NCBI GenBank assembly: GCA_043813745.1
Contig: JBDRKV010000027.1
Coordinates: forward strand, 1 to 43,566
Length of the DNA: 43,566 nucleotides
Reading direction: 5' to 3'
Source: Candidatus Aenigmatarchaeota archaeon
Lineage (GTDB): Archaea > Aenigmatarchaeota > Aenigmatarchaeia > GW2011-AR5 > GCA-2688965
Shown: positions 17,593-26,391 of the stretch, one piece after another
Layout: each line of letters begins with the position of its first letter
Numbering within the stretch: the first letter of the stretch is position 1
Notes under the pieces: model-generated
Told to the model about the DNA's origin: nothing
What the model saw: the letters and a program-made list of their open reading frames with translations, nothing else
Database searches by the model: none
Made by a program: the position numbers and the translations under genes

Positions 17593-17698
17593 TTTTTTAT
17601 GCTTACGGACATGGCGCTGAAAAGCTGAATTTTTTCTGCCTTGTTTGGCTAATAATTAAGTAAGATGATATTGAGTTAGTTAGAAGGTCCTCTATGAC

Positions 17699-17950
17699 TT
17701 ACTTAATCAGATAGTTTACTATTAAGAAGAGAATAAACAAAATGAAAGAAACCCATATCTGGATGACCCATGCTTTCAACTCTTTGTCTTTTTTAATAAA
17801 CAAAATGAATGGAACTTGGGTAAAAGCACCTTTCACCCAATCTTTATATGATGAAACATATTTTTTAATAAATTTTACCCTAAAAACCAAAACAGATATA
17901 AAAAACCAGATAATGGATAGTATAATCAAAATTACTAACAACTGAATCAC
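17699..17950 (-). CDS. Hypothetical small membrane protein (about 3 TM)
   Basis: Hydrophobic segments. ATGA overlap with the upstream gene 17947..18285. The stretch is visibly AT-rich. Confidence 0.5.
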   Translation of the reverse strand: MIQLLVILIILSIIWFFISVLVFRVKFIKKYVSSYKDWVKGAFTQVPFILFIKKDKELKAWVIQIWVSFILFILFLIVNYLIK

Positions 17951-18285
17951 TCTTCTTCTTTTTCGCTTTCTTCTAAATCTTCCTCTTCCTTGAAGTCTTC
18001 ATCTTCAATTTCGTCTTCATCAGTTTCGCCTTCCATTTCCTCTTCTTCTTTCTCTTCAAGTTCAGGCATGCTACGGCTGCGCACAGTGACGATCAAGCCG
18101 CCGCCACGGTTGTTGCCGACAAGGTATTCTGTACTGCATTGGACGCAAGTAATCAAGCGTGTCTGCTTCTTTGATTCCTCGAGCTGTTTGAGGGTTTTCT
18201 TGCTTACAAGCATGATTTTTCCGCATTCTATGCATTCAAATTTGTCTTCCTCGGTTTCAAACTGCAAGTTTTCCATGTTCGCCAC
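17947..18285 (-). CDS. Zinc-ribbon protein with poly-acidic C-terminal tail
   Basis: CIECG ... CVQCS ribbon. The last ~45 aa are almost entirely E/D. Confidence 0.6.
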   Translation of the reverse strand: MANMENLQFETEEDKFECIECGKIMLVSKKTLKQLEESKKQTRLITCVQCSTEYLVGNNRGGGLIVTVRSRSMPELEEKEEEEMEGETDEDEIEDEDFKEEEDLEESEKEEE

Positions 18286-18605
18286 CAGTATTTACTTCGA
18301 ATAATAATAAGACGATGCAGATAAGTATAAAAATGTTTTTGCTGGGAATTTTATGGGATTCTTTAGGTAATGATGGTGTTGCACTGATATGACCTTTGTG
18401 CAACAGCATGCTAGTGAGCTTCGCTCGACTACGCATGGAAAGACATCAATAGTTTTCTATCCAAGAGTAAGCGCCATTCCTGCTAACTAAACGTTGATGA
18501 TTGGTGCTGTCTCCCATATTGAATGGTCTGCTGAATCTCCTTCCTTATTTACAGTATTCGCTACAAAAGTTCAACAATTTAACTTTTTACGTCATAGGAG
18601 ATATC

Positions 18606-19823
18606 ATGCTGAGATTCGCGCACATTTCTGACTGCCATCTGGGATGCTGGCATAATCATCCTGAGCTGGCTGCGATGCCGTTGCGCGCGTTCGAGCGCGC
18701 TATCAATGCGTGCATAAACCAGAAAATGGACTTCATACTGATTGCTGGAGACCTGTTTGACACCAACCTGCCATCCATAGATATCGTCTCTGCTGCAGCA
18801 GCGATATTGAAGAAAGCAAACGACGCCGGAATATTGGTCTACGTCGTGCCTGGAAGCCATGATTTCTCGCCTTCTGGAAAAACGATGATAAGCGTTTTTG
18901 AAGCTGCTGGCCTTTTGAAAAACGTTGCTGCTTTTGAAGAGGACGAGACAGGCATAACACTGCAGATTGCTGAGAACGAAAAAGCAGTGATATGCGGCAT
19001 GGCTGGCAGAGCAGGCGGGCTTGAGGTTGAGTTGTTCAAGAAAATACGCCGCTCGCAGTTCACTCCAGAACAGAAAAATAAGTTCCGTATATTCATGTTT
19101 CACTCGGCTCTGGAGGAATACAAACCGGCCTTTTTGAAAGAGCTTTCGGCAATGCCTATATCGTTATTGCCAAAAGGGTTTGACTATTATGCAACCGGGC
19201 ACGTGCACCACACGTTCGAGATGAAAGAAGACGGCTTAGGCGCGGTAGTGTTTCCAGGCGCGCTGTTCCCATGTGATTTCACCGAGCTGGAGCGCCAGGA
19301 CAATGGTGGATTCTATATTGTTTCTGTTGATGATGCAAAAAACATAAAGCTTGACTGGCAGGAAATAAAGCTTGCAAACATCGCGGCATTCAAGATAAGC
19401 GCTAATGAAAAATCTGCAGAAGAGGTACAGAGGGACATTTCCGAGAAGCTGAGCGGAAAGAATTTCGAAAACACGATTGTTCTTTTGCGAATTGCCGGAA
19501 CACTGTCAAGCGGAAAGCCCAGCGACATAAACTTCGAGGTCATTGCTGAAAAGACCAATGCGCTCGTTGTCAAGAGAAACGTTTCTGCATTGAAGACAAA
19601 AGAGTTCGAGGAAATCTCAAAAGAAACAGAGGAAACAGACATAGAGAAGCTTGAAGACAAAATCATCAACGAACACCTGAACCAGATAAAGCTTTGGGGA
19701 AACGAGAAGAAAACAATACTGAGCCTAATGGATGTGATGAAAGAGGAGAAAGGTGAAGAAACAACTGCGACATACATGCAACGCATCATCGAGAATGCAA
19801 GAAGGACATTGGGGCTGATATGA
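18606..19823 (+). CDS. mre11: DNA double-strand break repair nuclease Mre11
   Basis: Phosphoesterase motifs HISDCHLG, AGDLFD, PGSHD, FHSAL, GHVHH. Start set at ATG 18606, preceded by AGGAG. Confidence 0.9.
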   Translation: MLRFAHISDCHLGCWHNHPELAAMPLRAFERAINACINQKMDFILIAGDLFDTNLPSIDIVSAAAAILKKANDAGILVYVVPGSHDFSPSGKTMISVFEAAGLLKNVAAFEEDETGITLQIAENEKAVICGMAGRAGGLEVELFKKIRRSQFTPEQKNKFRIFMFHSALEEYKPAFLKELSAMPISLLPKGFDYYATGHVHHTFEMKEDGLGAVVFPGALFPCDFTELERQDNGGFYIVSVDDAKNIKLDWQEIKLANIAAFKISANEKSAEEVQRDISEKLSGKNFENTIVLLRIAGTLSSGKPSDINFEVIAEKTNALVVKRNVSALKTKEFEEISKETEETDIEKLEDKIINEHLNQIKLWGNEKKTILSLMDVMKEEKGEETTATYMQRIIENARRTLGLI

Positions 19824-21838
19824 TGATAATAAAGAGCGTAGCATTGAATAACATCCGCTCGTATACAGACGCTGAAATCTCCCTGCCAACCGGCAGCGTG
19901 CTACTGGCCGGGGACATCGGCTCTGGAAAGTCTACAGTCTTGTTAGCAATAGACTTCGTGTTGTTCGGCGCGCGCAAAGGAGAACTTTCAGGCAGCGCGC
20001 TGCTGCGCAATGGCGAAAAAACAGGAAACGTGACGCTTGTGCTTGAAATCAACAGCAAAACAATCACTGTACACCGCTCGCTGAAACGCGGGAACGACGG
20101 CGGCGTCACGCAAGATGCTTGCTGGATCAGCGTGGACGGAGCCAGGGAAGATCTCACTCCAACAGAGCTGCAGTCACGCATCCTAGAGATACTGCAATAT
20201 CCGCCTGAACTATTGCGCAAGAACAAGTCATTGATATACCGCTACACGGTTTACACGCCGCAGGAGGCGATGAAACAAATTTTGACGACAAACGTGGACG
20301 AACGTTTGCAGATATTGCGCAAGGTGTTTGACATTGACAAGTACAAAACAATTTCTGACAATGCAAACGAGCTTGGCCGAGAGCTGCGCTCGGATGCCAG
20401 AGAGATGAAGGGCTTTGTCGCTGACCTTGAAACCAAGCAGCAGGAAATGCTGGAAAAGGAGCGCGAGCTTGCTGACGTCAGGAAGAACTATACCATTTCC
20501 ACGAGGGTGCTCAATTCTACCAAGAGCAATGTTGCTGAGAAGAAAAAAGCCAAGGAAACGTTATCGCGCAGGATAGAAGAGATGCAGAAGCTGAAGCAAG
20601 AAATTGCGTCGCTCACGTCTGCAATAATCTCGTTGCAACGCCAGGCAGCGACGATAGACAGCGAGCTATCCAATATTGACAAGCAATTGAAAACATTCCC
20701 TGAAATAAAGCTGCCTGCCAAGCCGGCAATGACAATGGATCAAATAGACAAGCAGATTTTTGAAAACGAACATTTGAAGGAAAAATCACTCGAGGACAGA
20801 ACAACAAGCTCAAACGAGATGAACAAATTCAAGAACATACTGAACAGGGGCGTATGTGACACGTGCGGCCAGGCTGTTGCTGACAAGCAGCGGTTCATAG
20901 AAAAGATAACACGATATGAACTTTTGCTTAGCTCTGCGGAATCTAGGATGCGCGATGTCATGAGTAGTATAGACACGCTGAAAAAGGCAAAACTTGGCGT
21001 GATTGAATACGAGAAAAAGCTGCAGGAACAAAAGCACGCTGAGGAGCAGAAAAAATATCTGGAGAGCCAGCTAGCTGAAAAGAGCAAGCAGAAGAAGGAA
21101 ATAGAAAAATCCCTCAGGCTGAACGAGAAACAGCTTTCTGAGATAAACCCCAGGATCAACGAGGCGCTTGTAGACGAGCTCAGGAAAATAGAAAACGAGC
21201 TGGATACTCTCGTCGTGCATCAGACCGTGCAGGAGCGCGAGCAGAGCCGGCTGCAGCAACAGTTAACAGACTTGATTCAGTCAGTGGAAAAGCTCAGTAA
21301 AGAGATTGCAGAAAAGGAAAAGACCATGCAGCAATCGCAAAAGATAGAAGCCGCGGAAACCTGGCTCACGAACCTGTTCATGCCGCTCATGTCCACGATA
21401 GAAAAGCATGTGCTCGTGAAGCTGCAATATGAATTCAATCAGCTGTTCCAGAACTGGTTCAACATGCTCATAGACAACGAACTGCTTATTGCGCGCATAG
21501 ACGAGCGTTTTACGCCTGTAATCGAACAAAATGGATACGAAACAGACTACGACAATCTTTCAGGCGGCGAGAAAACAAGCGTCGCGCTCGCCTATCGTTT
21601 GGCGCTGAACAAGGTGATCAACCAGTTAGTCGAGCGCATACAAACTAAGGAGTTACTTATCCTGGACGAGCCCACAGACGGATTCAGCACGTCGCAAATG
21701 GAAAAAGTGCGCGACGTCCTGCAAAGTTTGGGGCTGAAACAGGTCATTATCGTGTCGCATGAGCCCATGATTGACTCGTTCGTTGAAAACGTGATACGTT
21801 TCACGAAAGAAGGGCATGTGACAAGGGTTGTCTCGTGA
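19820..21838 (+). CDS. rad50: Rad50 ATPase (short coiled-coil version, 672 aa)
   Basis: Walker A GDIGSGKST, zinc hook CDTCGQ mid-protein, signature LSGGEKTSVALAYRLA, Walker B LLILDEPTDGF. ATGA overlap with mre11. Confidence 0.9.
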   Translation: MMIIKSVALNNIRSYTDAEISLPTGSVLLAGDIGSGKSTVLLAIDFVLFGARKGELSGSALLRNGEKTGNVTLVLEINSKTITVHRSLKRGNDGGVTQDACWISVDGAREDLTPTELQSRILEILQYPPELLRKNKSLIYRYTVYTPQEAMKQILTTNVDERLQILRKVFDIDKYKTISDNANELGRELRSDAREMKGFVADLETKQQEMLEKERELADVRKNYTISTRVLNSTKSNVAEKKKAKETLSRRIEEMQKLKQEIASLTSAIISLQRQAATIDSELSNIDKQLKTFPEIKLPAKPAMTMDQIDKQIFENEHLKEKSLEDRTTSSNEMNKFKNILNRGVCDTCGQAVADKQRFIEKITRYELLLSSAESRMRDVMSSIDTLKKAKLGVIEYEKKLQEQKHAEEQKKYLESQLAEKSKQKKEIEKSLRLNEKQLSEINPRINEALVDELRKIENELDTLVVHQTVQEREQSRLQQQLTDLIQSVEKLSKEIAEKEKTMQQSQKIEAAETWLTNLFMPLMSTIEKHVLVKLQYEFNQLFQNWFNMLIDNELLIARIDERFTPVIEQNGYETDYDNLSGGEKTSVALAYRLALNKVINQLVERIQTKELLILDEPTDGFSTSQMEKVRDVLQSLGLKQVIIVSHEPMIDSFVENVIRFTKEGHVTRVVS

Positions 21839-21884
21839 ATTAAAATGAAAAGCTTATTTATAAAACGCGCTTCATATTCTTAGT

Positions 21885-21965
21885 ATGAAAAAGCAGACCT
21901 TCAGAAAAATAATGAAAGAGTCGATAGAAGAAGACAAGAAGCTGCTAAAAGCTTTGGCAAAATAG
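21885..21965 (+). CDS. Possible 26-aa micro-ORF (MKKQTFRKIMKESIEEDKKLLKALAK)
   Basis: ATG preceded by TTTATAAAA about 22 nt upstream. Too short to judge. Confidence 0.15.
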   Translation: MKKQTFRKIMKESIEEDKKLLKALAK

Positions 21966-22009
21966 TTTTCTTCAATAATTAACTTGACTTCATCATTTTA
22001 GCTGACGTT

Positions 22010-22639
22010 TTAATCAACAAGTTCCAGTGTAAGTTTTCTTGGATTTTCAACAAAGTCCAATGCCCTTTCCGGAACCTCGGATGCTTCGACTGTTGGGAGG
22101 CATTCGTCTTTGTATAGAAGTGCTGTCATGGCCTTTGCAATAGTGTCTTCGTCATGTCGTGGCGTTGCCCTGACTCCAAATAGTGGTTTTCCATGCTCTC
22201 TATCTATCATCACATACAAGCCTGTCCCTGGAGCAGGTATTCTGTTATCAGATTCTATCACAGCAAGTCTCCCCTCGTTTCCTTTGGCTGCTGAAAGTTT
22301 ATTATAGACTTGTTGTAATATGAACTGTCTTCTTGCTTCATGCGCGCCTTTCAACCCACCTTGTGCAATCAGCGGCTCATATTTGTCAATAACTTCCTGT
22401 ACTCCGGATAATAGCTCATCCAATGTAACAGGTACTATATCAGTCGGCGGATCACGATAAGTAAACGATTCAAATTTAGTAGAACTAAACTTATCGCCAA
22501 AATGCGCATTAATCGGATAAACGCTTCCAACATGTGCTGGGGCTTTTAAAATGCCGATAATATATTTACCGTTATCTCTCCTCACGACTTTAACGGGCTG
22601 ACCTGGTTTCGCTCGGACAGCAACAACACCCGGTAACAT
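22010..22639 (-). CDS. Hypothetical protein (209 aa)
   Basis: Long non-repetitive ORF. No family recognised. Confidence 0.6.
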   Translation of the reverse strand: MLPGVVAVRAKPGQPVKVVRRDNGKYIIGILKAPAHVGSVYPINAHFGDKFSSTKFESFTYRDPPTDIVPVTLDELLSGVQEVIDKYEPLIAQGGLKGAHEARRQFILQQVYNKLSAAKGNEGRLAVIESDNRIPAPGTGLYVMIDREHGKPLFGVRATPRHDEDTIAKAMTALLYKDECLPTVEASEVPERALDFVENPRKLTLELVD

Positions 22640-22792
22640 AATTACGTTTGTTCGCTAAAACATAAAAATGTTAGTTAATGCTAACATTAACTACTCCGTA
22701 ATCACAAAACATACATTTTAAAATCTATATATAGAGCCTCGAACATATAGATTGCATTGTTCAGGCACATTTTCTTATTTGTCGGTGATACT

Positions 22793-22936
22793 ATGGGACG
22801 CAAACGAAAAAAGAAGACAAAGTACGCTAAAACGCACATGGAACTGTTTAAGTGCCGTGAATGCGCGTTTGAGTGGGCGTACCGCACAGTGAAGTGTCCT
22901 ATCTGCTCTGCTAACGAGTTCTTGCAGACTATCTGA
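22793..22936 (+). CDS. Small zinc-ribbon protein (47 aa), below the ORF-track cutoff
   Basis: MGRKRKKKTKYAKTHMELFKCRECAFEWAYRTVKCPICSANEFLQTI: basic N-terminus plus CxxC-x10-CxxC. Confidence 0.5.
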   Translation: MGRKRKKKTKYAKTHMELFKCRECAFEWAYRTVKCPICSANEFLQTI

Positions 22937-22944
22937 TTCTTTAA

Positions 22945-23181
22945 TTAGGAGAATGCCATTGGCCAAAAGCATTCAAACCATTTCAAAGCTTCTTCTTTGC
23001 TTTTAGCGCCATTACAAGGAGTGGATCTTGTAATGGTTTCGGTTTGTCCTGGCTTCGGATAATTTCTTATTCTAAGAGTAAATTGCGCCTCATAACCTTT
23101 TTCGGTCTCAATTATTATTGGCGGCTCCATCAGGACGGCATCGCCCACTTTTATCGGGTATGCATCTGTTTTTCTATTCAT
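22945..23181 (-). CDS. Hypothetical small protein (78 aa)
   Basis: ORF track only. No family recognised. Confidence 0.4.
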   Translation of the reverse strand: MNRKTDAYPIKVGDAVLMEPPIIIETEKGYEAQFTLRIRNYPKPGQTETITRSTPCNGAKSKEEALKWFECFWPMAFS

Positions 23182-23296
23182 TCTTTAACATGGATTTTTT
23201 GCTTATATATCATTTGTGAATGAAAGATATGGAACACGGTTCTATTTGTTCTCAATTTCTTTCGACATATAAAAACTTGCGTTAACATAGGAAAAT

Positions 23297-24997
23297 ATGC
23301 GCCTTATCTTTGTAACTGGTGGAATAATATCCGGCGTTGGAAAGGGCATTGCTACCGCTTCCATCGGAAAAATTCTTCAATCTAAAGGCTTCTCATGCAC
23401 GGCTGTGAAGATAGACCCTTACATCAACTGTGATGCCGGCACGATGAGGCCGACCGAGCACGGCGAGGTCTGGGTCACGGATGACGGCGGAGAGATTGAT
23501 CAAGATTTAGGAAACTATGAGAGATTCTTGGGCGTACAACTGTCAAAGCGCAACAACATAACAACCGGACAGGTTTACAAGGAAATTATTGAAAAAGAGC
23601 GTCGCGGCGAGTATCTTGGCAAGACTGTCCAGTTCATACCGCACGTGCCTGAGGAAATCAAGAAACGTATCAAGGAAGTTGGTAGTGGATATGACTTCGT
23701 GCTGGTTGAAATCGGCGGCACTGTAGGCGACTACGAGAACCTACCGTTCCTTTTTGCTGCGCACGACCTCGAGCGCGAGCTTGGCAAGGAAAATGTTATT
23801 CACATTCTAGTAACATACATGCCCGTGCCTTCGCATATACATGAAATGAAGACCAAGCCAACGCAGCAGGCCATAAGGATGCTCAATGAGAACGGGATAT
23901 TTCCTGACTTTGTCCTGTGCCGCGGGCCGCATGCGCTTGACGATGTGCGCAGGGGCAAGATAGAGACATATTCAGGCATAGACAAAGAGCACATAATATC
24001 CGCGCCTGATGTCAAGACGATATACGAGGTTCCGCTCAACTTTGAGAACGAGGGACTTGGGAGCAAGATACTAAAAAGATTCGGCATTTCATTAAAGCCG
24101 TCCAACCTCATTGAATGGGAAAAACTAACGCAGAGAATACTCAATCCGGGCAGAAAGATAAAAATAGCAATGGTTGGAAAATATTTTGACATCGGTGACT
24201 ACACGCTCGCTGATTCGTACATATCAGTCATACAGTCGCTGGAGCATGCGGGCGCGAACTTGGATGTCGGCGTGGATATAGACTGGATTGACGCAAAAAA
24301 ACTTGAGAATGTTGATGCAAGAACGATATTGAATGAATACGATGGCGTCGTGGTTCCGGGCGGCTTCGGCACGAGCGGCGTTGAGGGAAAGATAAATGCG
24401 ATAAGATTTGCAAGAGAGACGAACGTGCCTTACCTTGGGCTGTGTTATGGTATGCAGTTAGCTGTTGTTGAATATGCTAGAAACGTATGTGAGCTAAATG
24501 ACGCGAACACTACAGAAGTTGATCCAAATACAAAAAATCCTGTAATCACGTTGCTGGAATCGCAAAAACAGCTGCTTGCAAACGGACAATACGGCGCCAC
24601 GATGCGCCTGGGCGCGTACGCTGCGTGCATGAAACAAAGCAGGGTTCTCAATTTATACAAGGAAAGCGGGCGTTTCGAGAAAGACATGAAACGGATTGCA
24701 GAGCTTGCGAGGAATCCTGCGAACGCTTTTCGCATAGGACATTGCAAAGGCGAGATGGTGCTTGAGCGGCACCGCCATAGATATGAAGTCAATCCGGATT
24801 ACATCAAGGTACTTGAAGAAAGCGGTTTAGTATTTTCAGGAATGCATGTAACCACGAACGAAACTAACCTGATGGAATTCATGGAATTGGCGAAGCACAA
24901 ATTTTTCGTCGCAACGCAGGCCCATCCTGAGTTTAAGTCGTCGCTAACGGACGTAGCTCCGCTATTCCTGGGGTTTGTCAGGGCGTGCGCGGCCTGA
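23297..24997 (+). CDS. pyrG: CTP synthase
   Basis: N-terminal FVTGGIISGVGKGI, and a GATase domain with GLCYGMQ and HRHRYEVN. Confidence 0.95.
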   Translation: MRLIFVTGGIISGVGKGIATASIGKILQSKGFSCTAVKIDPYINCDAGTMRPTEHGEVWVTDDGGEIDQDLGNYERFLGVQLSKRNNITTGQVYKEIIEKERRGEYLGKTVQFIPHVPEEIKKRIKEVGSGYDFVLVEIGGTVGDYENLPFLFAAHDLERELGKENVIHILVTYMPVPSHIHEMKTKPTQQAIRMLNENGIFPDFVLCRGPHALDDVRRGKIETYSGIDKEHIISAPDVKTIYEVPLNFENEGLGSKILKRFGISLKPSNLIEWEKLTQRILNPGRKIKIAMVGKYFDIGDYTLADSYISVIQSLEHAGANLDVGVDIDWIDAKKLENVDARTILNEYDGVVVPGGFGTSGVEGKINAIRFARETNVPYLGLCYGMQLAVVEYARNVCELNDANTTEVDPNTKNPVITLLESQKQLLANGQYGATMRLGAYAACMKQSRVLNLYKESGRFEKDMKRIAELARNPANAFRIGHCKGEMVLERHRHRYEVNPDYIKVLEESGLVFSGMHVTTNETNLMEFMELAKHKFFVATQAHPEFKSSLTDVAPLFLGFVRACAA

Positions 24998-25035
24998 TGA
25001 ACAACTCTTAAAAATGTAATTAATAAACAAGAATC

Positions 25036-25266
25036 ATGCCCATACTCAAATTTTATCCAGAAGTAGACATATCCGATAGAGCGATAATGAACGGAGTCAC
25101 GCTGATGCTTACAATTAATATAATACCGATATGGCCTAACTACACGGGAACGTGGGGAAAAGAGCCCGATGAAAACTGCGTCGCATTTCAATATGTTGAT
25201 GCAGAAAAGCCGTCTGCACACGTTTTAGAGTTTCTCAGAGACCATGGGCGCATAGAAGTACAATGA
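25036..25266 (+). CDS. Hypothetical small protein (76 aa)
   Basis: ORF track only. Confidence 0.35.
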   Translation: MPILKFYPEVDISDRAIMNGVTLMLTINIIPIWPNYTGTWGKEPDENCVAFQYVDAEKPSAHVLEFLRDHGRIEVQ

Positions 25267-25277
25267 ATTGCACTTAA

Positions 25278-25634
25278 TCATATCCTGAATTCTTTGAATT
25301 CAACTTTCTTATTGTCCACGAGCTCTTTGATGTGCTTCTGGCGTTCGCTCAACTTGCTGCTTGATGTCTTGAACTCAACGAAGACAATCCTGTCGTCGCT
25401 GAACTGCACGCCGTCTATGGGCGTGCCTAGAAATCTAAACATGGATGTGTCATAGGGATAGTCCTTCATAAATGGAAAGAATTGTTCGGACATCTTGCCA
25501 TACTTTGTCGATAGCGATTGCTTTGATGATAAAACTTCACTGTGTGCTGTGCATTTCCTCAAATAGAGATAACGATATACTGCAGCAATTCCAATGGCAA
25601 TTGAAAGCAAGACAAACAACACAAGTTCAAACAT
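25278..25634 (-). CDS. Membrane-anchored endonuclease distantly related to archaeal Holliday junction resolvase (tentative)
   Basis: N-terminal TM helix, then GTPIDGVQFSDDRIVFVEFKTSSSKLSERQKHIKELV. This resembles the D...ExK core of the Hjc-related secreted-endonuclease family. Confidence 0.45.
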   Translation of the reverse strand: MFELVLFVLLSIAIGIAAVYRYLYLRKCTAHSEVLSSKQSLSTKYGKMSEQFFPFMKDYPYDTSMFRFLGTPIDGVQFSDDRIVFVEFKTSSSKLSERQKHIKELVDNKKVEFKEFRI

Positions 25635-25837
25635 ATTTTTATATTGGCTGCGCGGTTTTTATACTGCAACAAGACAACTGCGTTTTCTTGAATTATATCT
25701 TTCCTTTCAGGCATGGCAATGAAGGCGTAGAAGAAGCTTAGCTTTCCAAAAACTTCTCATCAACCTGTCAATCCTTACTTAAAAATTAAGTTCCCGAGAA
25801 AAAGAAATAATTTATACTCGGATTTCCATTTTTATTC

Positions 25838-26374
25838 ATGATAATTGCCATTTGCGGCACGCCTGGCACGGGAAAAACGGTTGTTGCTAAGAAGCTAGCC
25901 GAAGATTTGAGTTATGACTATTTGTCATTGACCGATTTTGTCAAGGAAAACAAGATCGGCGAATACGATGCAAAGACAAAAGTCACAGAAGTGGATGCTA
26001 AAGAACTGCGTGAATCTGTATGGAGGCTTGGCTTGAAGAACGCTGTTGTGGACGGCATGATGGCTTATGCTATAAAGAATGATGCATGCGTTGTGCTGCG
26101 CTGCAATCCAAAGGAGCTTCTCAATCGACTGGCAAAAAAGAAATGGTTAAAACCGAAGATAGATGAAAACGTGCGAGCTGAGATACTTGACATCATTCCT
26201 GTGAAAGCAATGGAGCAAAATAACGACGTATACGAGGTTGACACGTCAGGCAAGAAGCCAAAAGACGTTGTTACGCTAATCGGGCACATCATTGCCAAGC
26301 GCGACAAGAGATATCTTGCCGGCAAGGTTGACTGGACAAAGGATTACGAAAGGTTTTTAATAGGTTCTGATTAA
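25838..26374 (+). CDS. Fap7/AK6-like adenylate kinase
   Basis: MIIAICGTPGTGKTVVAKKLAE P-loop; length about 178 aa. Confidence 0.75.
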   Translation: MIIAICGTPGTGKTVVAKKLAEDLSYDYLSLTDFVKENKIGEYDAKTKVTEVDAKELRESVWRLGLKNAVVDGMMAYAIKNDACVVLRCNPKELLNRLAKKKWLKPKIDENVRAEILDIIPVKAMEQNNDVYEVDTSGKKPKDVVTLIGHIIAKRDKRYLAGKVDWTKDYERFLIGSD

Positions 26375-26391
26375 GTTGTTTTGGTGTCCAT

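Noticed and set aside
18376-18440. C/D-box sRNA (AATGATGG ... CTGA)
   Set aside because: The C-to-D' spacing is only about 7 nt. No credible C' or terminal D box, and no terminal stem.
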